From: an uncultured Clostridia bacterium
GTDB taxonomy: Bacteria > Bacillota > Clostridia > TANB77 > CAG-508
Direction of reading: 5' to 3'
Length of the DNA: 64,000 bases
NCBI GenBank assembly: GCA_947623555.1
Contig: CANQGW010000001.1
Span: forward strand, 20,691 to 84,690
Under the pieces are notes generated by a model, which searched no databases, was not told the origin of the DNA, and saw nothing but the letters and a program-made list of their open reading frames with translations. The translations under genes were made by a program, and so were the position numbers. Shown piece after piece: positions 36,997-47,178 of the stretch. Position 1 is the first letter of the stretch, and each line of letters starts with the position of its first letter.

Positions 36997-37620
36997 TTAT
37001 TTCATTAAAATTTTACACTCTATATTAGGCATAATTAGTTTTGAAAAATTTATGGCATCTTGTTTGGTTCCTACAATACTGCCATAATGTATTGGCACTA
37101 CTATTTTAGGCTTTATGGTATTTGCTAAATCTGCAGCTTCTTTATAGTTCATGGTGTATGTTCCTCCAATAGGAAGAAAAGCAACATCACATTTTACTTT
37201 TTTATTATCAGGTGTAATGTCTGTGTCTCCTGATATGTAGTACCTGTTTTCCCCTATTATTATTATATAACCAACCCATTCGTTTTCTTTTGGATGGAAT
37301 TTTTTATTTATGTTATATGCTGGAACTGTTTCAAATAAAATATTATCTACTTTGTAGGTTTCATTTGGAGTTACTATAACATGCTCCATTCTTAAACTTG
37401 ATACTTCTCTTAATAATGTTTTTGGAGCTACAATTATAGTATTTTCTTTTTTTACTTTATTTATATCTTCTGGTGAATAATGGTCATAATGGTCATGTGT
37501 TATAAAAATAATGTCTGCATTATTATAGTTTTTATCTATTCTAAAAGGATCCACATAAATTACTTTTTCTTTATTAATAACTATGCTACTATGGCATATA
37601 ACTTCTATATTATTTAACAT
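36997..37620 (-). CDS. MBL-fold metallo-hydrolase
   Basis: The THDHYDH metal motif is present and the length is 207 aa. Confidence 0.8.
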   Translation of the reverse strand: MLNNIEVICHSSIVINKEKVIYVDPFRIDKNYNNADIIFITHDHYDHYSPEDINKVKKENTIIVAPKTLLREVSSLRMEHVIVTPNETYKVDNILFETVPAYNINKKFHPKENEWVGYIIIIGENRYYISGDTDITPDNKKVKCDVAFLPIGGTYTMNYKEAADLANTIKPKIVVPIHYGSIVGTKQDAINFSKLIMPNIECKILMK

Positions 37621-37698
37621 ATATTTACCCTCCTTAATAACTATATATTAATACAAAAGGAAGTAATTATCAATAATAAATTACTTCCTTTTATAAAT

Positions 37699-38469
37699 TT
37701 AAACTCCTATAATAGAAAATCCATTGTCTACATGTATTATTTCACCGGTTACTGCTGATGATAAACTACTAAATAAAAAGCTTGCTACATCTCCTACTTG
37801 CTTTGTTGTTACATTTTCATGTAATGGTGCTCTTTTTTCTACTACATCTAGTATTGTACCAAAATCTTTAATTCCCTTTGCTGATAATGTTTTTATTGGT
37901 CCTGCTGAAATAGCATTAATACGCATTTTTTCTTTTCCAATATCTTTTGCTAAATATTTTATACTGGTTTCTAATGCTGCTTTTGCAACCCCCATTAAAT
38001 TATAGCCTTCAACAACCTTTTCTGCTCCAAAGTATGTAAGTGCAACAATGCTTGCTCTTTCATTTAACATATTTACTTCTTTTGCTATTCTAGTAATTGC
38101 TACTAATGAATATGCGCTCACATCATTTGCATGGCTAAAGCCCTCTCTTGATGTAAAAATAAAGTCATTTCTTAAATCTTCAGTGTTTGCATGTGCAATG
38201 CTATGTAATATTCCATCTATATTTCCCTGCTCTTTTTTTATTGTTTCAAAACATTTTCTTATTTCTTCATCACTTGATACATCACAGCTATATGATTTTG
38301 CCCCTGGAAGCTCTGATATTAGCTCTTTTATTTTTTCTTCTTTTTCTGCCGGATGATGTGTAAATATAACTTTTGCTCCATTTTCATGTGCAGAAACTGC
38401 TACTCCCCATGCTATGCTCCACTTGTTCCTAATTCCCATAATTAAAATTGTTTTTCCTTCTAAAATCAT
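37699..38469 (-). CDS. fabI: enoyl-ACP reductase FabI
   Basis: It is an SDR with a FabI-type N-terminus (LEGKTILIMGIRNKWSIAWG), catalytic Y..M....K spacing, and fab-cluster context. Confidence 0.9.
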   Translation of the reverse strand: MILEGKTILIMGIRNKWSIAWGVAVSAHENGAKVIFTHHPAEKEEKIKELISELPGAKSYSCDVSSDEEIRKCFETIKKEQGNIDGILHSIAHANTEDLRNDFIFTSREGFSHANDVSAYSLVAITRIAKEVNMLNERASIVALTYFGAEKVVEGYNLMGVAKAALETSIKYLAKDIGKEKMRINAISAGPIKTLSAKGIKDFGTILDVVEKRAPLHENVTTKQVGDVASFLFSSLSSAVTGEIIHVDNGFSIIGV

Positions 38470-38488
38470 TTAATATTTCACCCTCCAT

Positions 38489-39289
38489 TTACATATTTCT
38501 ATATTTTTCATATCTTTTTTCTAACATTTCTGAAGTAGTTAATTTTTGTATATCTTGTATTTGTTTAACTAGTATTGTTTTTATTTTTGCAGTTACACTT
38601 TCAAAGTCATTTTCTATTCCAACTTTTGGTTCTTTTATAAGTTCATCTATAATGCCAAAATTTTGTAAATCATAAGAAGTTAATTTCATTTTATCTGCTA
38701 CTTCTTGGCATTTGCTTGAATCTTTATATAATATACTTGCAAAACCTTCGGGAGATAAAATACTATATATTGCGTTTTCTAGCATTAATATTTTATCTGC
38801 TACGCATATTGCAAGTGCACCACCACTAGAGCCTTCACCTATTACAACTGCAATAATTGGTACTTTTAGTTTTGACATTTCAAACATGCTTCTTGCAATT
38901 GCTTCTCCTTGGCCACGTTCTTCTGCTCCCATTCCTGGGTATGCTCCTGGTGTATCTATAAAAGTAATAACTGGCCTATTAAATTTTTCTGCCTGTTTCA
39001 TTAATCTAACAGCTTTTCTATATCCTTCTGGGTTTGGCATTCCAAAATTTCTTTGCATATTTTCTTTAGTTGTTTTTCCTTTTTGCTCTGCTATTATTGT
39101 AACTGGCATTTTTTCTAAATATGCTATTCCACAAACAAAGGACTTATCATCTCCATAACATCTATCGCCATGTAGTTCTATAAAGTCGTCAAATATATTC
39201 TTTATATAATCTAATGCTTTTGGTCTTTTAGCATCTCTTGCCATTGTTACTCTTTGCCAAGCAGTCATTTGCTTTTTCAAATTATTCAC
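38489..39289 (-). CDS. accA: acetyl-CoA carboxylase carboxyltransferase alpha
   Basis: FIDTPGAYPGMGAEERGQGEAIA is the signature. Confidence 0.9.
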   Translation of the reverse strand: MNNLKKQMTAWQRVTMARDAKRPKALDYIKNIFDDFIELHGDRCYGDDKSFVCGIAYLEKMPVTIIAEQKGKTTKENMQRNFGMPNPEGYRKAVRLMKQAEKFNRPVITFIDTPGAYPGMGAEERGQGEAIARSMFEMSKLKVPIIAVVIGEGSSGGALAICVADKILMLENAIYSILSPEGFASILYKDSSKCQEVADKMKLTSYDLQNFGIIDELIKEPKVGIENDFESVTAKIKTILVKQIQDIQKLTTSEMLEKRYEKYRNM

Positions 39290-40142
39290 TTCCTTTTTGA
39301 TTATGAAACTTAATTAATTTAGAAAGTACTTTTTTCATGTCTTTTCTTTGTACTATTTTATCAATGAAACCATGTTCTAATAAAAATTCTGCTCTTTGAA
39401 ATCCTTCTGGTAATTTTTGTTTAACTGTTTGCTCTATTACCCTTGGCCCAGCAAACCCTATTAAAGCATTTGGTTCTGCAATAATAATGTCACCTAAACT
39501 TGCAAAGCTTGCGGTAACACCTCCTGTTGTTGGGTCTGTTAATACACAAATTGAGAGCAAACCTTGTTCATTTAGTTTCATAAGGGCACCTGTTGTTTTT
39601 GCCATTTGCATAAGTGAAATTATTCCTTCTTGCATTCTAGCTCCCCCAGATACACATACTAAAATAATTGGTAATTTTCTTAAAATGGCTTCTTCTATTG
39701 CTAATGTTATTTTTTCTCCTACTATTTGCCCCATACTTCCCATCATGAAGTTTCCATCCATTACAGCAAGTACAGCTTCTTGTCCATTTAGCTTTCCTAT
39801 TCCTGTTTTAACTGCTTCTTTTATTTGTGTTTTTTCTACTAATGTTTCTAATTTTTTTTCATAGCCTTCAAATTGTAGTGGGTCTTTTAAACCCATGTCT
39901 GCGTTAATTTCTTCAAAAGTTCCTTCATCTACTAATTGAGCTATTCTTCTCCTACTAGATATTCTAAAATGTTTCCCGCAGTTTGGGCAAACACTTAAGT
40001 TTTTATGTACTTCTTCTTTGTATAAGATTTCTTTGCAGTTTTCGCATTTTATCCATTTGCCTATTAACATATCTGATGCTTCTTGATTTTTTTCAATTTC
40101 TTTATTTACTTCGCTCATTTTTTTTATTTTATCAATTACCAT
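39282..40142 (-). CDS. accD: acetyl-CoA carboxylase carboxyltransferase beta
   Basis: It has the zinc ribbon CENCKEILY...CPNCGKHFR and the carboxyltransferase domain. I placed the start at the ATG at 40142 behind GGAGGTG. The track extension to 40226 runs into the GC-rich element and I rejected it. Confidence 0.9.
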   Translation of the reverse strand: MVIDKIKKMSEVNKEIEKNQEASDMLIGKWIKCENCKEILYKEEVHKNLSVCPNCGKHFRISSRRRIAQLVDEGTFEEINADMGLKDPLQFEGYEKKLETLVEKTQIKEAVKTGIGKLNGQEAVLAVMDGNFMMGSMGQIVGEKITLAIEEAILRKLPIILVCVSGGARMQEGIISLMQMAKTTGALMKLNEQGLLSICVLTDPTTGGVTASFASLGDIIIAEPNALIGFAGPRVIEQTVKQKLPEGFQRAEFLLEHGFIDKIVQRKDMKKVLSKLIKFHNQKGSE

Positions 40143-40179
40143 TTTAGTTTTACACCTCCTAATACTTCTTTTTTTTCTA

Positions 40180-40361
40180 TAAATCTTAAAATATAATGAA
40201 TTCGATAGCGCCGCGTAAGCGATCAAACGGAGCGTGTTTACACGCGAAGTGCGAATTGGAGCAGCTAACCGATGAATGTAATAAATTGCTTTTTAAAGCA
40301 ATTTATTACATAGGAATGCTGCGACTACCCGCGCGCCAGAATCATTATATTTTAAGATTTA
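40180..40361. other. 182-bp GC-rich structured element between accC and accD (unknown class)
   Basis: The outer 23/24-bp inverted arms are TAAATCTTAAAATATAATGA(A)TTC. A perfect 17-bp hairpin lies off-centre inside (40276-40311), and a GC hairpin GCGTGTTTACACGC lies at 40232-40245. Local GC over 40203-40270 and 40312-40340 is far above background. Confidence 0.5.
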
Positions 40362-40381
40362 CTATATAAAAATTATTGTTA

Positions 40382-41731
40382 TTAAGTATCTGAAAGTAAT
40401 TCTTTCTCAATAAAAGAAGTATCATAATTATTATCCCTAAAACTCTTATTGCCTAAAATTTGATACAAAAAATCTATATTTGTATCAATACCCTCAATAA
40501 CAAGCTCACCAAGTGCACTTTTCATTTTAGATATAGCTTCATCCCTATTTTTGCCATGTACAATTACTTTTGCTATCATAGCATCATATACATTAGGAAT
40601 AGTATAACCTTCATAAATTGCAGTATCTATTCTAATGCCATTTCCTCCTGGTAATAGTAAACCTGTAATTTTTCCCGGACATGGCATAAAATTTTTGCTA
40701 GGATTTTCTGCATTTATACGACATTCCATACTGTGACCTGTTATATTAATATCTTTTTGTGAAAAAGATAATTTTTCTCCACTTGCAATTTTTATTTGCT
40801 CCTTTACAATGTCAACTCCAGTAACAGCTTCTGTAACTGGATGTTCTACTTGAAGTCTTGTGTTCATTTCCATAAAATAATAGTTTTTATCTTTGTCTAC
40901 TAAAAATTCAATTGTTCCCACATTTGAGTAGCCAATTTGGCATATTGCATTTACTGCTAATTTTCCCATTTTTTGTCTTAATTTTTCTGAAATAATTGGG
41001 CATGGTGTTTCTTCTATTATTTTTTGATTATGTCTTTGAATAGAACAGTCCCTTTCACCTAAATATACAGCATTTCCATGTTCGTCTGCTATTATTTGAA
41101 CTTCTACATGCCTTGGATTTTCAATAAATTTTTCCAAATAAATTCTATCATCATTAAATGAATTTTTGGCTTCTTGCTTAACTAGCCCATATGCTTTTAT
41201 TAATTCTTCTTTAGAATATGCAACTCTAATGCCCTTTCCTCCGCCTCCACTAGAGGCTTTTAAAATAACAGGATAACCTATTTTTTCTGCTAACCTTTCT
41301 GCCTGTTCTACACTTTCTAGTACTCCTTCAGATCCTGGCACTACAGGAATTCCTGCCTTTTGCATGGTTTCTTTTGCTTTTGATTTATCTCCCATAAGTA
41401 AAATATGCTCTGGTGATGGTCCTATCCATTTTAAACCTATTTCACTACACATTTTAGCAAAATGATAACTTTCTGATAAAAAACCATAACCTGGGTGTAT
41501 ACTATCACAACCTGTTAAACAAGCCGCTTCTATTATATGATTCCTATTTAAATAACTTTTGGTAGCTTTAGCAGGTCCTATACATATTGCTCTATCTGCT
41601 AATTTTACATGAAGTGCATCTTTATCTGCTTCTGAATAAACTGCTACTGTTTCTATTCCCATTTCTCTGCAGGCTCTTATAATACGTACTGCTATTTCTC
41701 CTCTATTTGCAATTAATATTCTTTTTAGCAT
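40382..41731 (-). CDS. accC: biotin carboxylase
   Basis: The N-terminus ILIANRGEIAVRIIRA and the ATP-grasp motifs fit, and the length is 449 aa. Confidence 0.95.
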   Translation of the reverse strand: MLKRILIANRGEIAVRIIRACREMGIETVAVYSEADKDALHVKLADRAICIGPAKATKSYLNRNHIIEAACLTGCDSIHPGYGFLSESYHFAKMCSEIGLKWIGPSPEHILLMGDKSKAKETMQKAGIPVVPGSEGVLESVEQAERLAEKIGYPVILKASSGGGGKGIRVAYSKEELIKAYGLVKQEAKNSFNDDRIYLEKFIENPRHVEVQIIADEHGNAVYLGERDCSIQRHNQKIIEETPCPIISEKLRQKMGKLAVNAICQIGYSNVGTIEFLVDKDKNYYFMEMNTRLQVEHPVTEAVTGVDIVKEQIKIASGEKLSFSQKDINITGHSMECRINAENPSKNFMPCPGKITGLLLPGGNGIRIDTAIYEGYTIPNVYDAMIAKVIVHGKNRDEAISKMKSALGELVIEGIDTNIDFLYQILGNKSFRDNNYDTSFIEKELLSDT

Positions 41732-41751
41732 TTTGCTTTCCTCCTTACATT

Positions 41752-42174
41752 TTACACAATAGCAAATGTAAGCTCCCCTTTTGCTACTAATTTTTCATTT
41801 ACTGTTGCTAATGCTTCACCTACCCCAATAGGTCCTTTTTGTTTTATTATTTTTACTTCTAGTTTTAATACATCTCCTGGTAAAACTGGCTTTTTAAACC
41901 TTAAGCCATCTATTCCGCCAAATAATGCATTTTTTCCTTTATTTTCTTCTTTAGAAAGAATGGCTACTGCTCCTGTTTGAGCAAGTGCTTCCACAATAAG
42001 AACACCGGGCATAATAGGGTTTCCTGGAAAATGACCTGCAAAAAATGGTTCATTTATGCATACATTTTTGTATGCTATACAACTTTCACCTGGAACTAGA
42101 TTTTCTACTTTATCTACCATTAATATTGGTGGTCTTTGCGGAATTATTTTCATTATTTCATTTATATCTAACAT
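41752..42174 (-). CDS. fabZ: 3-hydroxyacyl-ACP dehydratase FabZ
   Basis: [23 protein letters not shown] is the signature. I placed the start at [12 protein letters not shown] behind AAGGAG rather than the track start. Confidence 0.9.
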   Translation of the reverse strand: MLDINEIMKIIPQRPPILMVDKVENLVPGESCIAYKNVCINEPFFAGHFPGNPIMPGVLIVEALAQTGAVAILSKEENKGKNALFGGIDGLRFKKPVLPGDVLKLEVKIIKQKGPIGVGEALATVNEKLVAKGELTFAIV

Positions 42175-42187
42175 ATTATTTTCTCCT

Positions 42188-42604
42188 TTATTTAATTTTA
42201 AATAATACTGTTCCATACTCTACTAATGCTTCTTCTTTGCAACATATTTCTACAATTTCACCATCTACATCACTTTCAATTTCATTCATTAGCTTCATAG
42301 CCTCTATAATACAAAGTACATCACCTTTTTTTACTTTGTCTCCTACTTGTACAAATGGTTTGCTTGAAGGAGATGCTTTTGAGTAAAAAGTACCTACCAT
42401 TGGAGATTTTATTGTTTTTAAGCTCTCGTCTTCTGGCGCACTAATAAGCTTTTTACTTTCTTCACTTTTTTCTGTATTTTGCTTATATTCAGTTTGCTCT
42501 TTCTTCATGTTTATTTTAGTTCCATCTGGAAGCTCCATACTAATAGATTCTAATTTAGAATTTTCCACTTCTTTAATTAATTTTTTTATTTCTTCATAAT
42601 CCAT
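42188..42604 (-). CDS. accB: biotin carboxyl carrier protein
   Basis: The biotinylation motif is [13 protein letters not shown] placed the start at MDYEEIKK, downstream of the fabF stop. Confidence 0.9.
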   Translation of the reverse strand: MDYEEIKKLIKEVENSKLESISMELPDGTKINMKKEQTEYKQNTEKSEESKKLISAPEDESLKTIKSPMVGTFYSKASPSSKPFVQVGDKVKKGDVLCIIEAMKLMNEIESDVDGEIVEICCKEEALVEYGTVLFKIK

Positions 42605-42618
42605 CTTTTTTATTCCTT

Positions 42619-43854
42619 TCACTCCCATTTTTTTAATATAACAGAGCTGTTATGTCCTCCAAAACCTAATGAATTAGACATAGCATATTTAATATTTACA
42701 TTTCTGCCTTCATTTGGCACTATATCCAAATCACATTCCTCATCTTTTACTTTATAACCTATTGTTGGTGGCACATAACCCTCTTGTAAAGCATTAGCAC
42801 ACACAATTGCTTCTACTGCTCCTGCTGCACCTAACATATGAGCTGTATTTCCTTTAGTAGAGCTAACCATTACTTTTTTACTATGGTTTCCAAGTGCTAA
42901 TTTAATTGCCATGGTTTCCGTTTTATCATTTAATGGTGTAGATGTACCATGTGCGTTTATATAATCAATTTGCTCTGGTTCTAGTGATGCATCTTTAATA
43001 GCATTTACCATTGCCCTTGCTCCACCTTCTCCATCAGGTGATGGTGAGGTCATATGGTAAGCATCAGAACTTGCTCCATATCCAACTACTTCTGCATATA
43101 TTTTTGCTCCACGTTTTAAAGCATGTTCTAATTCTTCTAATACTAATACTCCTGCTCCTTCTCCCATTATAAAGCCATTTCTTTCTTTATCAAATGGTAT
43201 GCTTGCCCTTTTAGGGTCTGTTGATTGTGATAATGCCTTTAAATTAGCAAATCCAGCAATTCCCGTAGGAGTAATAGCAGCCTCTGCACCTCCTGCTAGA
43301 ACTACATCTTGGTAGCCATGCCTAATTAGCCTCATTCCTTCGCCTATTGCATGTGTACCACTTGCACATGCTGTAACAATACAAAAAGATTCACCTTTTA
43401 AACCTAAATCTATTGCAACATTTCCTGCAGCTATATTAGTAATGCCCATTGGTATATACATTGGAGAAAGTCTATCAGGTCCTTTAAGTACAAGGTTTTT
43501 ATTTTGCTCTTCTATAGTTGAAAGTCCCCCCATACCAGATGCAATTATTGTTGCTACTCTTGTCATATCTGTATTTTCTTTATTTATGCCACTATCTTTA
43601 AAAGCTTCTCTAGAGGCTACCATTGCTAGCTGACAAAATCTATCCATTCTCCTTGCTTGCTTCACATCAAAATATTCTTCTGGGTTATAGCCTTTTAATT
43701 CAGCTGCAAGTTTTGCTTTATGGTTTGTTACATCAAATAGCGTAATTTTGTCAATTCCACATTTTCCTTGCTTAATGCCTTTCCAAAATTCTTGCACATT
43801 ATTTCCTATTGGAGTAATTGCTCCCATTCCTGTAATTACTACTCTTTTATTCAT
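42619..43854 (-). CDS. fabF: 3-oxoacyl-ACP synthase II
   Basis: The active-site sequence IVTACASGTHAIG, HGTSTPLND and GFGGHN are present. Confidence 0.95.
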   Translation of the reverse strand: MNKRVVITGMGAITPIGNNVQEFWKGIKQGKCGIDKITLFDVTNHKAKLAAELKGYNPEEYFDVKQARRMDRFCQLAMVASREAFKDSGINKENTDMTRVATIIASGMGGLSTIEEQNKNLVLKGPDRLSPMYIPMGITNIAAGNVAIDLGLKGESFCIVTACASGTHAIGEGMRLIRHGYQDVVLAGGAEAAITPTGIAGFANLKALSQSTDPKRASIPFDKERNGFIMGEGAGVLVLEELEHALKRGAKIYAEVVGYGASSDAYHMTSPSPDGEGGARAMVNAIKDASLEPEQIDYINAHGTSTPLNDKTETMAIKLALGNHSKKVMVSSTKGNTAHMLGAAGAVEAIVCANALQEGYVPPTIGYKVKDEECDLDIVPNEGRNVNIKYAMSNSLGFGGHNSSVILKKWE

Positions 43855-43869
43855 TTTTTTATCTCCTTC

Positions 43870-44616
43870 TTACATAATCATTCCGCCGTCTACATTTAGC
43901 ACTTGACCAGTTATATATGTATTTTCTTCATTTGCTAAAAAATAAACTGCATTTGCCACTTCCTCTGGTGTTCCCATTTTTTTAAGTGGAATTTGCTCAT
44001 TTATTTTTTCTTTTACATCATCTGATAAAACTGCTGTCATGTCAGTTGCAATAAACCCTGGTGCTATACAATTAGCAAGTATGTTTCTGCTTGCTAGCTC
44101 TTTTGCTATTGATTTTGTAAACCCTATAATTCCTGCTTTTGAGGCAGCATAATTACATTGTCCAGCATTTCCGCTAATACCTACTACTGAAGCAATACTA
44201 ACAATTTTTCCATATCTTTTTTTCATCATATATGGAATTACAGTTTTGCTTACATTAAACGTACCTTTTAAGTTTACTTGTATTACTTTGTCAAAATCTT
44301 CTTCCTTCATTCTCATAATTAAGTTATCTTTTGTAATACCTGCATTATTTACTAAAACATCAATTTTTCCAAATTTTTCTATTGCTTTCTTTACCATGTT
44401 TTCGCAAGCTGTAAAATCAGTTACATCTGCCTTTACAAATAATATTTCTATTTGGTTATTACTAGCATTTTTAAGTTCTTGCTCTATTTTTTCTAAATTA
44501 CTTTCAGCAACATAGTTTATAACTAAATTGTAACCTTCCTTTGCAAACTTTTCTGCAACCTTTTTTCCTATTCCTCTAGAAGCTCCTGTTATTAATGCAA
44601 CTCTTCTTTCTTCCAT
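43870..44616 (-). CDS. fabG: 3-oxoacyl-ACP reductase
   Basis: TGASRGIG, NNAGI and YAASKAG are the SDR motifs, and the gene is in the fab cluster. Confidence 0.95.
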   Translation of the reverse strand: MEERRVALITGASRGIGKKVAEKFAKEGYNLVINYVAESNLEKIEQELKNASNNQIEILFVKADVTDFTACENMVKKAIEKFGKIDVLVNNAGITKDNLIMRMKEEDFDKVIQVNLKGTFNVSKTVIPYMMKKRYGKIVSIASVVGISGNAGQCNYAASKAGIIGFTKSIAKELASRNILANCIAPGFIATDMTAVLSDDVKEKINEQIPLKKMGTPEEVANAVYFLANEENTYITGQVLNVDGGMIM

Positions 44617-45567
44617 TTAATTTTTCCCTCCTACATTTATTTTTAATTCTTGTAAAAGTAAGTCTAAATCTTCTACTTTTTGAACATTAAATACTTTTGC
44701 ATCTTTACATTCTTTTTTAACAAACCCTGAAAGTGCTTTACCCGGTCCTATTTCAATGTATGTATCTACTCCTTCATTTTGCATAGTTTTTATGGTTTTA
44801 TCAAAGCGTACTGGCGATATAATGTGATCTTCCAATATCTTTTTTATATCATCTTTTTTTGTATAAAAACTGCCATCAATATTTTTTATAACTACATTTT
44901 CTTTTAAGTTAAATGTAACGTTTTCTAAATCTTTTTTATAACATTTACTTGCTTCAATAAGTTTTTCTGTATGAAATGGACCACTTGTATTTAACTTTAC
45001 TATTTTTCTTGCACCTGCATTTAAAAAATCTTGCTTAAGTTTCTCTACTTTATCTTCATTTACAGTTACTACTACTTGACCAGAATAGTTATAATTTGCA
45101 GGTACAGCAAAGCCATTTTCTTTATTATTTAAGCAAATTTCTTCTACTTTATTTGCATCTAACCCTATAACTGCTAACATATAATATTTTTCGTTTGGTG
45201 CTTTAGCCTGCATATAATAGCTACGCCTTTCTAAAAGCTTAAGGCCATCTTCCATACTTAAAATTTGGCTATCTATTAATGCTACATATTCTCCTAAACT
45301 TAAGCCCACATCTATACTAGATTTAATTCCAAAGCTTTTTAAAACCGCTAAAATAGCAAGACTGGTTACGCTAATAGCAAGCTGTGTATTTTTAGTATTG
45401 CTTAAATCTTCTATGCTACCTTCAAAGCACATTTTAGCAATATCTTTTTCTACAATTTTGCTTGCCTCTTCGTAAACCTTTCTTGCTTCTTTATATTTAT
45501 TAAAAAAGTCTGCTCCCATTCCTACAAATTGTGCACCTTGCCCTGGAAACATAAATGCTATTTTCAT
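44617..45567 (-). CDS. fabD: malonyl-CoA-ACP transacylase
   Basis: MKIAFMFPGQGAQ and the GLSLGEY active site are present. I chose the start at the canonical MKIAF, so the 5' end is uncertain by 7 codons. Confidence 0.9.
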   Translation of the reverse strand: MKIAFMFPGQGAQFVGMGADFFNKYKEARKVYEEASKIVEKDIAKMCFEGSIEDLSNTKNTQLAISVTSLAILAVLKSFGIKSSIDVGLSLGEYVALIDSQILSMEDGLKLLERRSYYMQAKAPNEKYYMLAVIGLDANKVEEICLNNKENGFAVPANYNYSGQVVVTVNEDKVEKLKQDFLNAGARKIVKLNTSGPFHTEKLIEASKCYKKDLENVTFNLKENVVIKNIDGSFYTKKDDIKKILEDHIISPVRFDKTIKTMQNEGVDTYIEIGPGKALSGFVKKECKDAKVFNVQKVEDLDLLLQELKINVGGKN

Positions 45568-45697
45568 ATTATCTATCATTCCTTTCAATTTTCATGGCAA
45601 ATTTACTTTTTAATTTATATTCAATTTACAAATTTCTTTACAATTTTACTATATATTTTTTCTCCTTTCCATTATACTGACCAGTCAAGTTTTAAAG

Positions 45698-46288
45698 TTA
45701 TTCGCTTACTAGCTTCCTTTCTTTTAATACTTTTTCTATTTCCTCTAAAATGGTAACTATTATTTCTTCTATTTCAAATTCTTTATTAAATTCTTTTTTT
45801 AGTGAGGTGGCGGTATCTTTTATTTCATCAGAAAAGCTTTCTTCATTAACATTAAAGCCAATTCCTATATATAAATGTATTACCTTTTCTTTTATAGAAG
45901 TAGCCTCTGTTAATATCCCTGCTATTTTTTTATTATTTAAATATAAATCATTTGGCTTTTTTATATCCAAATTATATTTATATAATTTATATATAGCATT
46001 TTTTATTGCTTGTGCAATTTCAACTGTTAACCCTTCTAATTTAAGGGGTTTACTATTTGGATATAAAATAATTGTCATCATAATATTTTTTTCTTTTGAT
46101 GATAGCCATTTTCTTTCTTTTGTGCCTTTACCTTTTGTTTGGTAGTCTGCTATTACTATACTTCCTGTTTTTATATTTTGTTTTAATATTTGCTTTGCAT
46201 AATCTTGAGTTGAATTTATTTCATTAAAGTAAATAATGTTTTTGCCTAAATACACAGTTTTTGCATTTTTTATTTTTTCTAAATCCAT
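45698..46288 (-). CDS. birA: biotin--protein ligase (short, no HTH domain)
   Basis: The biotin-binding loop QTKGKGTKERKWLS is present. At 196 aa it lacks the repressor HTH and may lack part of the C-terminal domain. Confidence 0.75.
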   Translation of the reverse strand: MDLEKIKNAKTVYLGKNIIYFNEINSTQDYAKQILKQNIKTGSIVIADYQTKGKGTKERKWLSSKEKNIMMTIILYPNSKPLKLEGLTVEIAQAIKNAIYKLYKYNLDIKKPNDLYLNNKKIAGILTEATSIKEKVIHLYIGIGFNVNEESFSDEIKDTATSLKKEFNKEFEIEEIIVTILEEIEKVLKERKLVSE

Positions 46289-46473
46289 TTTTTCGCCTCC
46301 TTTTTGTTGCGTTTTTCTTAACTATGATTATATTATCAAATCATTTTCTGTCTGTCAATACTTTTTTGGAAAAATTAATTTTTCCTTAACTTTTTTATTC
46401 CTTTAATCAATTTTACTTGATTTTTTCGCAACTTTTCTATATAATAAATTTATAATTAAAAAGGAGAACTTTT

Positions 46474-47163
46474 ATGTTAGTATCTAATTTTGCTAATAGA
46501 TTAAAAGAAGCTATGGTAATTAAAAATATAAAAGCTTCTGAAATTGTTTATAAAAGTAAATTATTATATGAAGATAATAAAATTAATAAACCATTAACTA
46601 AACCTTTAATTAGTCATTATTTAAAAGGTACATATGAAGCAAAACAAGACAATGTTTATACACTTTCTTTAATTTTAGATGTCGACGAAGGTTGGCTAAT
46701 GGGTTATGACATTCCCATGGAAAAAGAAATAAAACAAGATAGTAATGCATTTCCTACTGCCGATGTCCCTCAAAAATATCCTGTATTGGAAAAAATAATA
46801 GCTGGGTTCCCCATTTTAGCAGTTGAAAATATAGAAGGATATATGTATGCTCCTTCTTCTAAAATACAAGCTGGATATGACTATTTTTTTCTTAAAGTTA
46901 TTGGAGACAGTATGAATTTAAAATTTCCAGCCGGTTGCTTATTATTAGTACAAAAGCAACCAGAATTAGAAAATGGTCAAATTGGTGTTATTATGGTAAA
47001 TGGGGATGATGCAACTGTAAAAAGGTTTAAACGAGAAGGTGATTTAGTTATATTAGAACCTATGTCTTCTAACCCAGAGCATCAGGTTCAAATATATAAC
47101 CCTAAAAAAATAAAAGTAGAAATTATAGGAAAAGTTATCTGTGCTATTACAGATGTAAATTAG
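46474..47163 (+). CDS. XRE-HTH / S24 peptidase (LexA/CI-like) repressor
   Basis: It has an N-terminal HTH (FANRLKEAMVIKNIKASEI) and a C-terminal S24 domain (GDSMNLKF...ATVKRF, the Ser/Lys dyad). Confidence 0.8.
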   Translation: MLVSNFANRLKEAMVIKNIKASEIVYKSKLLYEDNKINKPLTKPLISHYLKGTYEAKQDNVYTLSLILDVDEGWLMGYDIPMEKEIKQDSNAFPTADVPQKYPVLEKIIAGFPILAVENIEGYMYAPSSKIQAGYDYFFLKVIGDSMNLKFPAGCLLLVQKQPELENGQIGVIMVNGDDATVKRFKREGDLVILEPMSSNPEHQVQIYNPKKIKVEIIGKVICAITDVN

Positions 47164-47178
47164 AAAGGAAAAAATAAT

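Noticed and set aside
40143-40226. An N-terminal extension of AccD (track start 40226).
   Set aside because: The extension reads through the structured GC-rich element. A GGAGGTG RBS precedes the ATG at 40142, which gives a normal AccD N-terminus.
40180-40361. The GC-rich acc element could be the DGR template repeat for the VR-like segment at 28385-28545.
   Set aside because: I compared both orientations by eye and found no extended similarity between the two GC-rich segments. No RT gene is nearby.
40196-40369. A 57-aa plus-strand ORF (MNSIAPRKRSNGACLHAKCELEQ...) spans the GC-rich acc element.
   Set aside because: It has no Shine-Dalgarno upstream and lies antisense within an operon. Its open frame is what GC-rich sequence (few stop codons) would give by chance. 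The nested inverted repeats explain the sequence better as structure.
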